From: Chlamydiota bacterium
Lineage (GTDB): Bacteria > Chlamydiota > Chlamydiia > Chlamydiales > SM23-39
DNA length: 64,000 nt
Assembly (NCBI GenBank): GCA_013285585.1
Contig: JABDHH010000001.1
Span: 6,400-70,399 of the forward strand
Direction of reading: 5' to 3'
Positions 53,822-63,286 of the stretch are shown here, one piece after another. The number at the start of each line of letters is the position of its first letter. Position 1 is the first letter of the stretch. The notes beneath the pieces were generated by a model, which made no database searches, was not told the DNA's origin, and saw only the letters and a list, made by a program, of their open reading frames with translations. The position numbers were made by a program, and so were the translations under genes.

Positions 53822-55627
53822 ATGCAGCGTATCTTAGCCCGTGAATTGCCGAATTGCATCGGCCAAACAGTCTACATTCGCGGATGGACCAACAACCTCC
53901 GTTCTCTTGGAAAAGTTTCTTTCCTCCTGGTGCGCGACCGAAGCGGTTTGATGCAAGTCGTCATCGAAAATAAAGAAGAGCTAGCGAAAATAGAAACTCT
54001 TCAGCCAGGTTCAATCCTTGTAATCGAAGGGCGCGCGGCCGATTCCCAGTCCACGTTTAAAGTCGAAATCGTCGATCCGAAAATCACGGTAGAGAACCCA
54101 ATTCGCGATATCCCGCCGATCGAATACTACAAACCGGAGCTCCACAATGATCTCGAGTTCATTCTAGACCACCGCCCCATCGCCTTGAGAAACCGGCAGC
54201 TCCAGGCCGTGTTCAAGATCCAAGCGGAAATCGCCCACGCCTATCGCCTCTACATGCACGACATCGTACAGGCCAGCGAATACTTCGCCCCGAATATCAT
54301 CGGAGCCTCCTCTGAGGGCGGCTCTGAATTTTTCAACGTCGACTATTTTGGATACACGGCGACTCTCGCCCAAAGCAGCCAGCTCTATAAACAGATCATG
54401 GTCGGCGTCAACGAGCGGGTGTTCGCCCTGATGCCGTTTTTTCGAGCCGAACCCTCTCAGACCTCGCGCCATCTTTCCGAAGGGAAGCAGTTTGAATTCG
54501 AGATGGGATTTTTCAATCATTGGCATGAAATCCTCGATGTTCAGGAAGGCTGCATCAAGTTCATCGTCCAATATCTAAACCGCCATGCAAAAGCGGAGAT
54601 CGAAGCGCTGAAGGGGTCGATCATCAAAGCTCCGGCCGATATTCCCTTTCCCCGACTTACCTTTGCCGAGGCCCAACAACTATATTTCGACCGAACCGGC
54701 ATTGACGAAAGGCATGAACCCGACCTCAGCCCTGCGGCGGAGAGGGAACTCTGCACCTGGGCGGCCGAAACTGTGGGCACCGATCTCGTTTTTATCACTG
54801 ATTGGTATACGGTCAAACGCCCCTTCTACGCTTTTCCGAATGAAAGCACCCCCAATCTGACGAACACATTCGATCTGCTTTGCGCCGGCACCGAGATCAC
54901 CTCTGGAGGGCAACGGCGCCATACCTATGAGTCGATGTTGGAAGGGATCCGCTTGAAGGAGATGAACCCATCGAATTTCGAAGACTATTTGAGTATTTTC
55001 AAATATGGGATGCCCCCGCATGGAGGCTTTGGCATGGGATTGGAGCGGCTGACCATGACGCTTCTCAAGCTAAAAAATATTAGGGAAGCTTCCCTGTTTC
55101 CCTCCGATACCAAGCGTATCGCCGGCAATCGCATCAAAGCTCATATCTTTTTCGGCGGCGAAAACATCCGCAACGAAATTATCCGGCGGTGCCGCGATCA
55201 AGGCATTTCGTTCAAACATACAAGCCACGAACCGACTCCGACTAGCCAAGATTCAGCCCGCGTCCGTGGAACGCTATTAGAGGAAGGGGTCAAATCCCTC
55301 ATCCTCCGAGGAAAGAACACCAAGAAAAATTATCAGTTCAATATTCCTTCTCATCTGAAACTCGACATCAAAGCTGCCTCGGAAGCAGTCGGCGAAAAAT
55401 GCGAATTCGAAGATCCAGCAACAATCTTTGAACGATTCGGACTGATCATCGGAGGCGTCCCGCCCTTCGGGAATCTCTTGAATCTCGACAACTATTTCGA
55501 CGATCAAGTCTCGTCCCACAAGCGTTCAGCGTTCAACTGCGGGCTGCCCACTGAATCGATCGTCATGGATTCGAAAGATTTGATCGCCATCGCGGAGCCG
55601 AAGTTCGGCAAATTTGCAAAGAGCTAA
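53822..55627 (+). CDS. aspS: archaeal/type-2 aspartate--tRNA ligase fused to a C-terminal YbaK/ProX-like aminoacyl-tRNA deacylase domain
   Basis: OB fold, motif 2 FRAEPSQTSRHLSE, motif 3 GGFGMGLERLTMTLLKLKNIREASLFPSD (archaeal AspRS type). Then ~160 aa with a YbaK-like pattern (KSLILRGK...LKLDIKAASEAVG...GLIIGGVPPFG...FNCG). Confidence 0.8.
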   Translation: MQRILARELPNCIGQTVYIRGWTNNLRSLGKVSFLLVRDRSGLMQVVIENKEELAKIETLQPGSILVIEGRAADSQSTFKVEIVDPKITVENPIRDIPPIEYYKPELHNDLEFILDHRPIALRNRQLQAVFKIQAEIAHAYRLYMHDIVQASEYFAPNIIGASSEGGSEFFNVDYFGYTATLAQSSQLYKQIMVGVNERVFALMPFFRAEPSQTSRHLSEGKQFEFEMGFFNHWHEILDVQEGCIKFIVQYLNRHAKAEIEALKGSIIKAPADIPFPRLTFAEAQQLYFDRTGIDERHEPDLSPAAERELCTWAAETVGTDLVFITDWYTVKRPFYAFPNESTPNLTNTFDLLCAGTEITSGGQRRHTYESMLEGIRLKEMNPSNFEDYLSIFKYGMPPHGGFGMGLERLTMTLLKLKNIREASLFPSDTKRIAGNRIKAHIFFGGENIRNEIIRRCRDQGISFKHTSHEPTPTSQDSARVRGTLLEEGVKSLILRGKNTKKNYQFNIPSHLKLDIKAASEAVGEKCEFEDPATIFERFGLIIGGVPPFGNLLNLDNYFDDQVSSHKRSAFNCGLPTESIVMDSKDLIAIAEPKFGKFAKS

Positions 55628-55974
55628 ACAGTTGAGAGAGATAAGCAATTTTCCTCTTGCTTTCTCGATGGAGCGCCTCAAGATTCTTGGGGCGTTCATT
55701 CTTCACAATTCGGGGTGGCCGATTTGACCTAGAGCAGCTTGGAGCATTGTGTCTACAAGATGTTTTTTTAAGGACGCAGGACTTCCTGCGAAGCCACTCT
55801 ACCGAGTGGAAAGACAGATGAGGGCAGAGTTAGAGCGATCTCCCTGCTCAAATTTTTAGAAGGACATCGCAAGCTGCGGCGATTGACTTGAAAGGTCATG
55901 TCCCGAAAAATCGACACAACTAAATTACCAATAAAACTAAACTTCTAACACCTTCTTATAATGATACTTAATAT

Positions 55975-56442
55975 TCATTTCTTAACCTTAACCCTAAAAT
56001 CTGATTTCCTTAAATATTCATCGGCCAGCTCTTGGGCTCGCTTCGTAAGGTAATCATCGCTATCATGTTCTTCGTCGCCATCGTATCCCGCCTCCCTTCC
56101 GCATATAGAAGCAACTTCTGAGGTTTCAGAGAGTGTGGTTATAGCTTGAGAATCAACAGAATCATCGTCTGACGATGTAGATGCAGGATCTGACGATATA
56201 GATGCAGAATCTGAAGTAAAATCCCCAGGCCAGAGGTCTTCGGAGTCATAGAAATCGGAAGAAGAGGCAGGAGAACTGTCTCTCTTAACTTTCATGAGTT
56301 CGATAAGCGAGAAGCTTCTCGATGAATTCCAATTGCTGCAACTCGAATGGATAACATCCGGCAGAGATGATTTTTCAACTGGTTCACGATCTATGGAAGG
56401 TAAGGGAGGAAATGAATCTATAGCTTTGATTGTTGTTGACAC
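55975..56442 (-). CDS. acidic Ser/Asp-rich protein, tandem paralog A (effector candidate)
   Basis: 155 aa. Shares FPPLPS.ID, KSSL..VIHSS.S.W and YL..R...LADEY.RK.DF blocks with 56794-57183. Confidence 0.6.
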   Translation of the reverse strand: MSTTIKAIDSFPPLPSIDREPVEKSSLPDVIHSSCSNWNSSRSFSLIELMKVKRDSSPASSSDFYDSEDLWPGDFTSDSASISSDPASTSSDDDSVDSQAITTLSETSEVASICGREAGYDGDEEHDSDDYLTKRAQELADEYLRKSDFRVKVKK

Positions 56443-56602
56443 ACATACCCCTGTTTGGTTGTTATTGAAAAAACGTAGTATTTTAAAGCCCTGACTTTAA
56501 AATGACAAGATTTTTTTAGTACGCAGAACTTGAGACCTCAAACGAGTAGAGACTGTTGAAGGATCAGAGCGAGAGAAGCCCCGTGTTCAAACTTTGAAAT
56601 GT

Positions 56603-56783
56603 GAGGCAATTGGAAAACTCCCGGCGCCAGAAAAATCGATGATTTTCAGCCAGTTTGCCTGGGCCGTAGGCCCTTTACCTTGTGGCCGAGCACAACTTTG
56701 AGCAAAGTAGGGCTCGGCCACAAGGAGGCAAAATGGCTTAAAAGGGCGATTTTGTTGGTCCCGCGAGTTTTGCAATTGGCTCT
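56603..56783. mobile_element. ~181-bp GAGCCAATTGCAAAACTC-type inverted-repeat element between the tandem paralogs
   Basis: Right TIR GAGTTTTGCAATTGGCTCT (56765-56783). Degenerate left TIR GAGGCAATTGGAAAACTC (56603-56620). Inner stem CCTTGTGGCCGAGC...GCTCGGCCACAAGG. Confidence 0.65.
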
Positions 56784-56793
56784 AGTGTTTAAC

Positions 56794-57183
56794 TCAGAAC
56801 TTTTGCCTCTTTTCCTTAGCAAAATCCATTTTCCTGAAATATTCATCGGCCAACGTATCGGATCGCTCGTCAAGGTAGTTCCTAGAATGTACTTCCCTCT
56901 CCCCGTCGTCCATATCGCTACCGTATCCTGTCTCGCTTTCGGATATATAGCCAGCATCTGTTATAGGTGAAACCTCTGGGGCTTGAGGGATTCTGGCTGT
57001 AGCGTTTCTCACCTCGATCGAGCGTTGGATATAAGAGGAGCTTTTCTCCGGATCCCATCCACTGAAACTCGAATGGATAACTGGAGCCAAAGATGATTTT
57101 GTTCCTGATTTACCATCTATGGCGCTAGGTAATGGAGGAAAATCAAGATCATAAAGCGAATTTATTGGTGTGCCTGTTGACAT
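56794..57183 (-). CDS. acidic protein, tandem paralog B (effector candidate)
   Basis: 129 aa. Same conserved blocks, and an upstream region homologous to that of paralog A. Confidence 0.6.
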   Translation of the reverse strand: MSTGTPINSLYDLDFPPLPSAIDGKSGTKSSLAPVIHSSFSGWDPEKSSSYIQRSIEVRNATARIPQAPEVSPITDAGYISESETGYGSDMDDGEREVHSRNYLDERSDTLADEYFRKMDFAKEKRQKF

Positions 57184-57265
57184 ACTTGCTCCTAATTTGG
57201 TTGATTGTTATTGAAAGAAGTGTAGTATTTTAAAGACTAGATTTCAAAAAAAGCAAGAGTTTTTT

Positions 57266-57898
57266 TTAGTCTTTGAGAAACTCTTCTGCGGTCATGATCT
57301 TGGCGCCTTTGTCCTTCATGGCGTCGATAGATCGGTTCTCATCCCCGAGCCGGCGATTGATCGCGCGGCAGGCGTCGAGAATGACCGTAACATGGTACCC
57401 GAGCTTTAGAGCATCCAAGACCGAATAGAGGATGCAATAATCGGTTGCCACTCCGACAAAATAGATCTCCTTGAGCTTATGCTCCCTGAGAAAATCGTCA
57501 AGGCCGGTCGAGCGGTGATGGTTACTGTCGAAAAAAGCGCTGTAGCTGTCGACTAAAGGATCCGTTCCTTTGTTGAACACCGCTTCGATCTTTTCAGTTT
57601 GGAGTCCATCCGCCAACTGCGCTCCGCGGGTATCTTGGAGACAATGGTCGGGCCAGAGAATCTGCTCAACGCTGCCGATCTTGATTGTTTCACCGGTCCG
57701 TTTCCCGTGCGTGGAAGCGAAGCTGACATGTCCGGGCGGATGCCAATCGCGAACCGCCACGACATGGTCGAACTTGGGAATCAGCTGATTGATGGTAGCG
57801 ATGATGAAATTGGCTCCGCTGACTCCAAGAGACCCGCCGGGCATGAAATCCCTCTGCGCATCGGTTACGATCAACGTCAAGATTCTTTGTTTGGCCAA
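57266..57898 (-). CDS. pncA: nicotinamidase/pyrazinamidase (isochorismatase family)
   Basis: LIVTDAQRDFMPGGSLGV, VRDWHPPGHVSFA, catalytic Cys in GVATDYCI. Confidence 0.88.
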   Translation of the reverse strand: MAKQRILTLIVTDAQRDFMPGGSLGVSGANFIIATINQLIPKFDHVVAVRDWHPPGHVSFASTHGKRTGETIKIGSVEQILWPDHCLQDTRGAQLADGLQTEKIEAVFNKGTDPLVDSYSAFFDSNHHRSTGLDDFLREHKLKEIYFVGVATDYCILYSVLDALKLGYHVTVILDACRAINRRLGDENRSIDAMKDKGAKIMTAEEFLKD

Positions 57899-59373
57899 TG
57901 CCCACCCCTCAGTTCGCGGATCAATTCGATTTTTTTGTGATACAGCCCCTTCTCGAGTCCGGCAAAATAGGGCTGCGGGTTTACAAGCCGCTCCATACTA
58001 GGCGGAAGCCGCGACAATTCTACATGAGCGCGTCTTTGGATTTCAGGAAGAGAGGGAAGATCGTAGACTAAGTTTCCTTTCCTGAAAATGGGCACTAAAA
58101 GATCCTCAAAATGCAGCGTCTCACCCGACAGCGATCGCTGGTCGTTTGGATCGAGAATGTCGACGATTTGGAGCGGACCTTCAATTTGAATCAGTTCATC
58201 GAAAATCCCGTCTCCGATATAAAATTTCCCGTCGAAAAACCGACGGATTTGCAAAATTCCCGGATTGGTCACTTTTGCCGTCTGCTCAGATAGTTTAACT
58301 TTATGGACCCACTCCCCTTTTTTATTCTGGATCGCCGAGAGCTTGTACACACCGTCGAGAGCAGGCTGGTCTTTTCCCGTCACGAGGTTGGTGCCCACGC
58401 CCCAGATCGTGATCTTGGCCCCTTGCTGCTTCAAGTCGCGGATCAGGTATTCGTCCAGTTCATTGCTTGCCATGATTTCCGTTTTGGGAAATCCTTCCCG
58501 ATCCAAGATCTTCCGGACCTCGATGCTTAAAAGAGCCAAATCTCCAGAATCGAGCCGCACTCCGTACAGATCGGATCCTCTCTTTCTCATCTCACGCCCA
58601 ACTTCGACAGCCTGTTTCGCTCCTTCGATCGAATCGTAGGTATCGATCAGCATGATACATCCTTTCGGCATGATTTCAGCGAACGTTCCAAAGGCCGCTT
58701 TTTCTTCATCGAAAGCCATGACCCAGCTATGCGCGTGAGTTCCCCGAACGGGAATCCCGAAGAGCTTTCCTGCAATCACGTCGGAAGTCCCTACACAGCC
58801 CCCGATATACGCCGCTCGGCTGGCCGAAATCGCTCCGTCGGGGCCTTGCGCCCGGCGCATCCCGAATTCAACGACAGGATCGGGACAGGCCGCCATGCAG
58901 ATGCGTGCCGCTTTTGTGGCGATCAGAGTTTGAAAATTGATCAAGTTGAGCATCGGGCTTTCGAGAAGCTGCGCTTGCCAGATCGGCCCTTTGACCCGAA
59001 TGAGCGGCTCGTAGGGAAAGACGGCGGTTCCCTCTGGCACTGCATCGAAATCGCAGCAAAAATCGAACCTGGAGAGAAAGTGTAAAAATTCCTTCTCGAA
59101 TAATCTCTCCCCTTCTGCGTCTTCCAACGAGGCTAGATAGTCGAGATCGCTTTTCGAAAATTTGAAATTTTTGAGGAAATGGACAGCGGTCTCCAATCCG
59201 GCGGCAATGGCAAACCCTCCCTTGAACGGCCATCTGCGAAAATTCAGATGGAACACAGCCTGGCGCTCCGCAAGCCCCGCCTTCCAATAACCATACACCA
59301 TCGTCAATTGATAAAGGTCGGTCAGAAGGGCTAACGATTGATTGTAAGGAAAAGAAGATTCAACGCGTTTCAT
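57877..59373 (-). CDS. pncB: nicotinate phosphoribosyltransferase
   Basis: 498 aa. LLTDLYQLTMVYGYW, GTHAHSW, GVRLDSGD, WGVGT. Confidence 0.9.
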   Translation of the reverse strand: MKRVESSFPYNQSLALLTDLYQLTMVYGYWKAGLAERQAVFHLNFRRWPFKGGFAIAAGLETAVHFLKNFKFSKSDLDYLASLEDAEGERLFEKEFLHFLSRFDFCCDFDAVPEGTAVFPYEPLIRVKGPIWQAQLLESPMLNLINFQTLIATKAARICMAACPDPVVEFGMRRAQGPDGAISASRAAYIGGCVGTSDVIAGKLFGIPVRGTHAHSWVMAFDEEKAAFGTFAEIMPKGCIMLIDTYDSIEGAKQAVEVGREMRKRGSDLYGVRLDSGDLALLSIEVRKILDREGFPKTEIMASNELDEYLIRDLKQQGAKITIWGVGTNLVTGKDQPALDGVYKLSAIQNKKGEWVHKVKLSEQTAKVTNPGILQIRRFFDGKFYIGDGIFDELIQIEGPLQIVDILDPNDQRSLSGETLHFEDLLVPIFRKGNLVYDLPSLPEIQRRAHVELSRLPPSMERLVNPQPYFAGLEKGLYHKKIELIRELRGGHWPNKES

Positions 59374-59786
59374 CCTGATTGCAAAAGTTTGCGTCTTTCA
59401 GTCTGAAGACGGTCAATCTCCTGCTGCACCCGATCCGCTTTAGCCCGGTTTTCATCCGCTAGCTCATTATGGCGCCGGGTCTCCAACATCGCCCTATCCT
59501 CGAACTGAAGCCGTTGGGCGTAGTCTTCATGCCTCAAGGCGCGCGCTTCAAAACCTCGTTTCAAATTTTGAAGCTCAGAAATCTGCCGGTCAATTTCGAC
59601 TATCTGAGCTTGGATCGTCGGGTTCTCCACAAGGAATTGAATTTCTTCTGGCGTTAAAGATGCAAGACATGCAGACCTCTCCTTGGTTTGCTTGACCCGG
59701 TCGGCGCCAATGCGGTCAATCGCGGCAAAAGCCCATACGAAGAGAAACAGGAGCAAAGTGATTGAAAATGTTCGCTTCATGGCCAT
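59370..59786 (-). CDS. hypothetical secreted coiled-coil protein
   Basis: 138 aa with a signal peptide. Overlaps the pncB start by 4 nt. Confidence 0.5.
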   Translation of the reverse strand: MAMKRTFSITLLLFLFVWAFAAIDRIGADRVKQTKERSACLASLTPEEIQFLVENPTIQAQIVEIDRQISELQNLKRGFEARALRHEDYAQRLQFEDRAMLETRRHNELADENRAKADRVQQEIDRLQTERRKLLQSG

Positions 59787-59894
59787 GACTATTACTCAAT
59801 TTTTTACATCTATCCCCCCTATATCCCATTTGGCACCTGATGGCAACTTAAAACGAGTAGCCTCTAAAAGGAGGGTCGACTAAACTTAGGCAGT

Positions 59895-60911
59895 ATGTTA
59901 CGAAGTTTGATCATCTGGGCAATCCTTGCTGCTTTGCCCCTTTTAGGCTCCCCTTTGCAAGGCCGAATCAACCGGGCATCTTCCGGCGACTACCTCGTGG
60001 TCGAAGGAGGAAAGCTGATCACCGTCCTATCGATTCGATCCGTAACCTCCGCCTCGATCGTTCTCGAAGAGGTCAGCATTCCCTCCCAAAATCTAAAAAC
60101 GAGACCTTCTTCCTGGAGCGAATGGATCAAAGCCAAAGCCCCGGGCCATACCTCATGGTCGATGATCGAGCTCGATCGTTCTACCGGAGACATCCTCGAA
60201 TGTTACTCTTTTACCCGTTCTTCTTGGATCCAACTCTCGTCTCAAGAAAGCCTGTTAGCCACCCTGATTTCCCTTCCTCTAGAGCCAGTTCCTTTTGATC
60301 AGAGACGCAAGATCGGCCCGCCTCCGTCCGATGGAGAACCCGATACCAGAAAAATCTGGAATCCGCCCGCCCTCTTCGAAGGCAAAAAACAAGAAGGCGT
60401 CTACTTCGACGTTTATGAGACGACTTGGCCGAAAGACAACTCCCCTCTTTCAGGAAATAACGTGATCCTCTATTTCGACCGGGATGGAAAATTTCCCCTC
60501 CCTTTTTGGGTTCAGGTGGAAACAGCCCATGCAAATATCGCCCTTAGGACGATTGATACGGGGAAAAATTTTCCTTCTCCCTACCGCAAATTCCCAAAGC
60601 GGATTCCCCAATTTGTCGGCGAACCCCAAAAGAGTAGAAACGGTCTTAAGCTTTCCCTAAAAAGCCCAAAATATTTCCGCCATTTCGATCTATTCGCGAT
60701 CGATGTCACTAACCGCGAACGACAACTTTCTCCCATCGCCCATTCGCTTATCGAAGGAAACGAAGAATTCCTCACTCTTGAAATCCCTGAAGCAGAATTG
60801 AATCAAGTGCTGAAAGCCGACCATCGCTATACTTGGCTAGTCGTCCCCGAAGGGCACAGCGACTCCTATACCGAAACAACCAAGCCTTTCACCTGGGAAT
60901 CACCACGGTAG
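59895..60911 (+). CDS. hypothetical secreted protein
   Basis: 338 aa with signal peptide MLRSLIIWAILAALPLLG. No motif recognised. Confidence 0.55.
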   Translation: MLRSLIIWAILAALPLLGSPLQGRINRASSGDYLVVEGGKLITVLSIRSVTSASIVLEEVSIPSQNLKTRPSSWSEWIKAKAPGHTSWSMIELDRSTGDILECYSFTRSSWIQLSSQESLLATLISLPLEPVPFDQRRKIGPPPSDGEPDTRKIWNPPALFEGKKQEGVYFDVYETTWPKDNSPLSGNNVILYFDRDGKFPLPFWVQVETAHANIALRTIDTGKNFPSPYRKFPKRIPQFVGEPQKSRNGLKLSLKSPKYFRHFDLFAIDVTNRERQLSPIAHSLIEGNEEFLTLEIPEAELNQVLKADHRYTWLVVPEGHSDSYTETTKPFTWESPR

Positions 60912-61167
60912 AGGCGAGAATGAAAATGAGGGCCGTTAACGGTTTCTTAATGACTTTTGAACAGATCATCCCCAACTATTTTTTCTCGATCTCAAAAAAA
61001 GAATTAAGCCCCTCACTTACAATAACTTACAGCTTAGTACAAAGCTCTCTTTAAGAAACACGCTTTCAATGGGTTATTGAACTTATGAACAAGTTTTCCA
61101 CACCTCTTTTCCCCTTGTTATTTACCCAAAGAAAACATATCCTTGCCGAAATGGAGTAAGCTTTCTC

Positions 61168-63057
61168 ATGGTCGTAAAAAAAGTTACATCACTCTACACC
61201 TTGAACAAGATGAAGCGAGTTCTAAGGCAAACCTATCGCCTTTATCGCAGAAAGTCGAATCACCTAGATTCCGCATCTCAAGAACGGCTCCAATCACACC
61301 TTACGAGCCTCCAAACAGCGATTCTTCAAAAAGATGCGGGAATCGCCGCGCAAATTGGAGAGCAGCTCTCAAAAACGGCAAGACGCCTGATGCCGCGAAC
61401 CTTCTGGGATAAAACAAAAGATTTTGTCGGCGCGATCACCTTTGCGCTTCTTGTAGCTGTGGCGATCCGAACCATGTGGTTTGAACCTTATACCATTCCG
61501 ACAGGCTCGATGCGCCCTACATTAAAGGAAGGCGATTTCCTGGTTGTCTCGAAAACCGATTACGGAATCAATGTCCCATTGCGCCCAGCCCATTTTTATT
61601 TCGATTCTTCTCTTGTTCAACGGGGAGGCATTTTTGTCTTCTCCGGTGAAAATATGGATATCGCCGATGGAGACACGACCTATTTTTATATTTTTCCGGG
61701 AAAAAAATTGTTCGTTAAACGATTGCTTGGAAAACCTGGGGATGTCCTCTATTTTTACGGGGGACAGATTTATGGTATTAATGCCCAAGGCCAAGAGATC
61801 ACCGCTCTCCGAAATCCCGAATGGATGCAGTCGCTCGAACACATCCCGTTCATCCGTTTTGATGGAAAAGTGGAAACTTCGGGACTCAAGCAAGGCGTCT
61901 TTACGAACGCAACTTTCTATCAGATGAACAAACCGGTCGCCAAACTGAACCTCAATCAGATTGGAGCGGTTACAGGAGAAATGTTAGCAGACAAAGAGAA
62001 AACTCCGCTCTCTTCTTACAGCGATCTTTGGGGATTTAAAAATTATGCTATGGCGCGGCTTCTCACTCCAGAACAAGCCCAACAATTTTATCCCGGGTCC
62101 ACGCAGGATATCGGCAAAGGCGTTCTTTACTTGGAGCTGATTCATCACCCGAATCTGCGAAACGGAAGTGTCATTCGAGATGAAAACAATCGTCTGCGGC
62201 CCGACTTAGGATCTTATACATCCCTCATGGCGCTGACACAAGAACATGTTCAAGAGATTGCTCGCCATCTCATCACCTGCCGCTTTATCGTTGAAAACGG
62301 GATCGCCTACCGCTACGGGATGAACATTAAGAATCCTGCATCCGTTTCCTACTTGCCGCATCTGCCTGATGTTCCCGATGGAACCTATGAAATCCAAAAC
62401 GGTATTGCTTATAAAGTGATGTGGGGAGGCGCCACTCGCGAACTTCCCGCGAATCATCCGCTTTACCGCAATGATCCCGAGCGAGTCCAGCTGCTGTATA
62501 ACCTCGGCGTCGAATTCGTCAACTTTTATAATCCGGCCAAAAATAGCCGCATCCATCCTTCCCGGTATGCCTACTTCCGTAACAACGACCTCTATCTTCT
62601 AGGCGCTCGCATTGTGGAAAAGGGAGATCCTGAGATGACGCTTTTCCTCAAAAAAGAATACCAAAAACAATCGATGTCCACGTCAGTCCGCCCCTACCTT
62701 CCTTTCGATGATGCAGGACCGCCGCTTACCAACGATGGAAAAATCGACGCCGATTTCATCCGCAAATATGGACTCGTCATCCCGGATAAGATGTATCTTG
62801 CCCTCGGCGATAATCACGCGATGAGTGCCGATAGCCGCCAATTCGGATTCGTCCCTGAAGATAACATCCGAGGCGGCCCCAGCTTCCTTTTCTGGCCTCC
62901 GGGATCCCGTTGGGGGCGCCTGGCTCAACCCCCATTCCCCCATCTTACATTCCCCAATCTTTTTGTATTGTGCGGAGCGATCGCGATCGGATTTGGATCT
63001 TCCTACTACTTGCGGCGCCGACTCCAAAAGCCTTTGAAGTTTGGGAAGGTACCGTAA
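61168..63057 (+). CDS. lepB: signal peptidase I (large chlamydial-type LepB)
   Basis: Canonical box B PTGSMRPTL, box D FVKRLLGKPGD, box E GDNHAMSADSRQFGFV. 629 aa. Confidence 0.92.
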   Translation: MVVKKVTSLYTLNKMKRVLRQTYRLYRRKSNHLDSASQERLQSHLTSLQTAILQKDAGIAAQIGEQLSKTARRLMPRTFWDKTKDFVGAITFALLVAVAIRTMWFEPYTIPTGSMRPTLKEGDFLVVSKTDYGINVPLRPAHFYFDSSLVQRGGIFVFSGENMDIADGDTTYFYIFPGKKLFVKRLLGKPGDVLYFYGGQIYGINAQGQEITALRNPEWMQSLEHIPFIRFDGKVETSGLKQGVFTNATFYQMNKPVAKLNLNQIGAVTGEMLADKEKTPLSSYSDLWGFKNYAMARLLTPEQAQQFYPGSTQDIGKGVLYLELIHHPNLRNGSVIRDENNRLRPDLGSYTSLMALTQEHVQEIARHLITCRFIVENGIAYRYGMNIKNPASVSYLPHLPDVPDGTYEIQNGIAYKVMWGGATRELPANHPLYRNDPERVQLLYNLGVEFVNFYNPAKNSRIHPSRYAYFRNNDLYLLGARIVEKGDPEMTLFLKKEYQKQSMSTSVRPYLPFDDAGPPLTNDGKIDADFIRKYGLVIPDKMYLALGDNHAMSADSRQFGFVPEDNIRGGPSFLFWPPGSRWGRLAQPPFPHLTFPNLFVLCGAIAIGFGSSYYLRRRLQKPLKFGKVP

Positions 63058-63106
63058 AAATTGCTTCGACACTTGTTTTTTGCACCGATTGTTCGATTTA
63101 CAATAG

Positions 63107-63274
63107 AGAGCCAGTTGCAAAACTCCAATTCGGACCCAAACCCGCGCTTTCTTCGCCGGATTCGGATTTTTCGCAAATCGCCTATGACCAATAGGATATG
63201 TCGATTTGCGAAAAACCGAACCGGCTTTGAAATCATCGAATTTGGGCAGCGAAGCGAGTTTTGCAACTGGCTCT
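63107..63274. mobile_element. 168-bp MITE-like element with perfect 19-bp TIRs between lepB and ileS
   Basis: AGAGCCAGTTGCAAAACTC (63107-63125) and GAGTTTTGCAACTGGCTCT (63256-63274). Inner palindrome TTTTTCGCAAATCG...CGATTTGCGAAAAA. TIRs are related to those at 56765-56783 and 41053-41071. Confidence 0.75.
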
Positions 63275-63286
63275 AGAGGCACTGTC

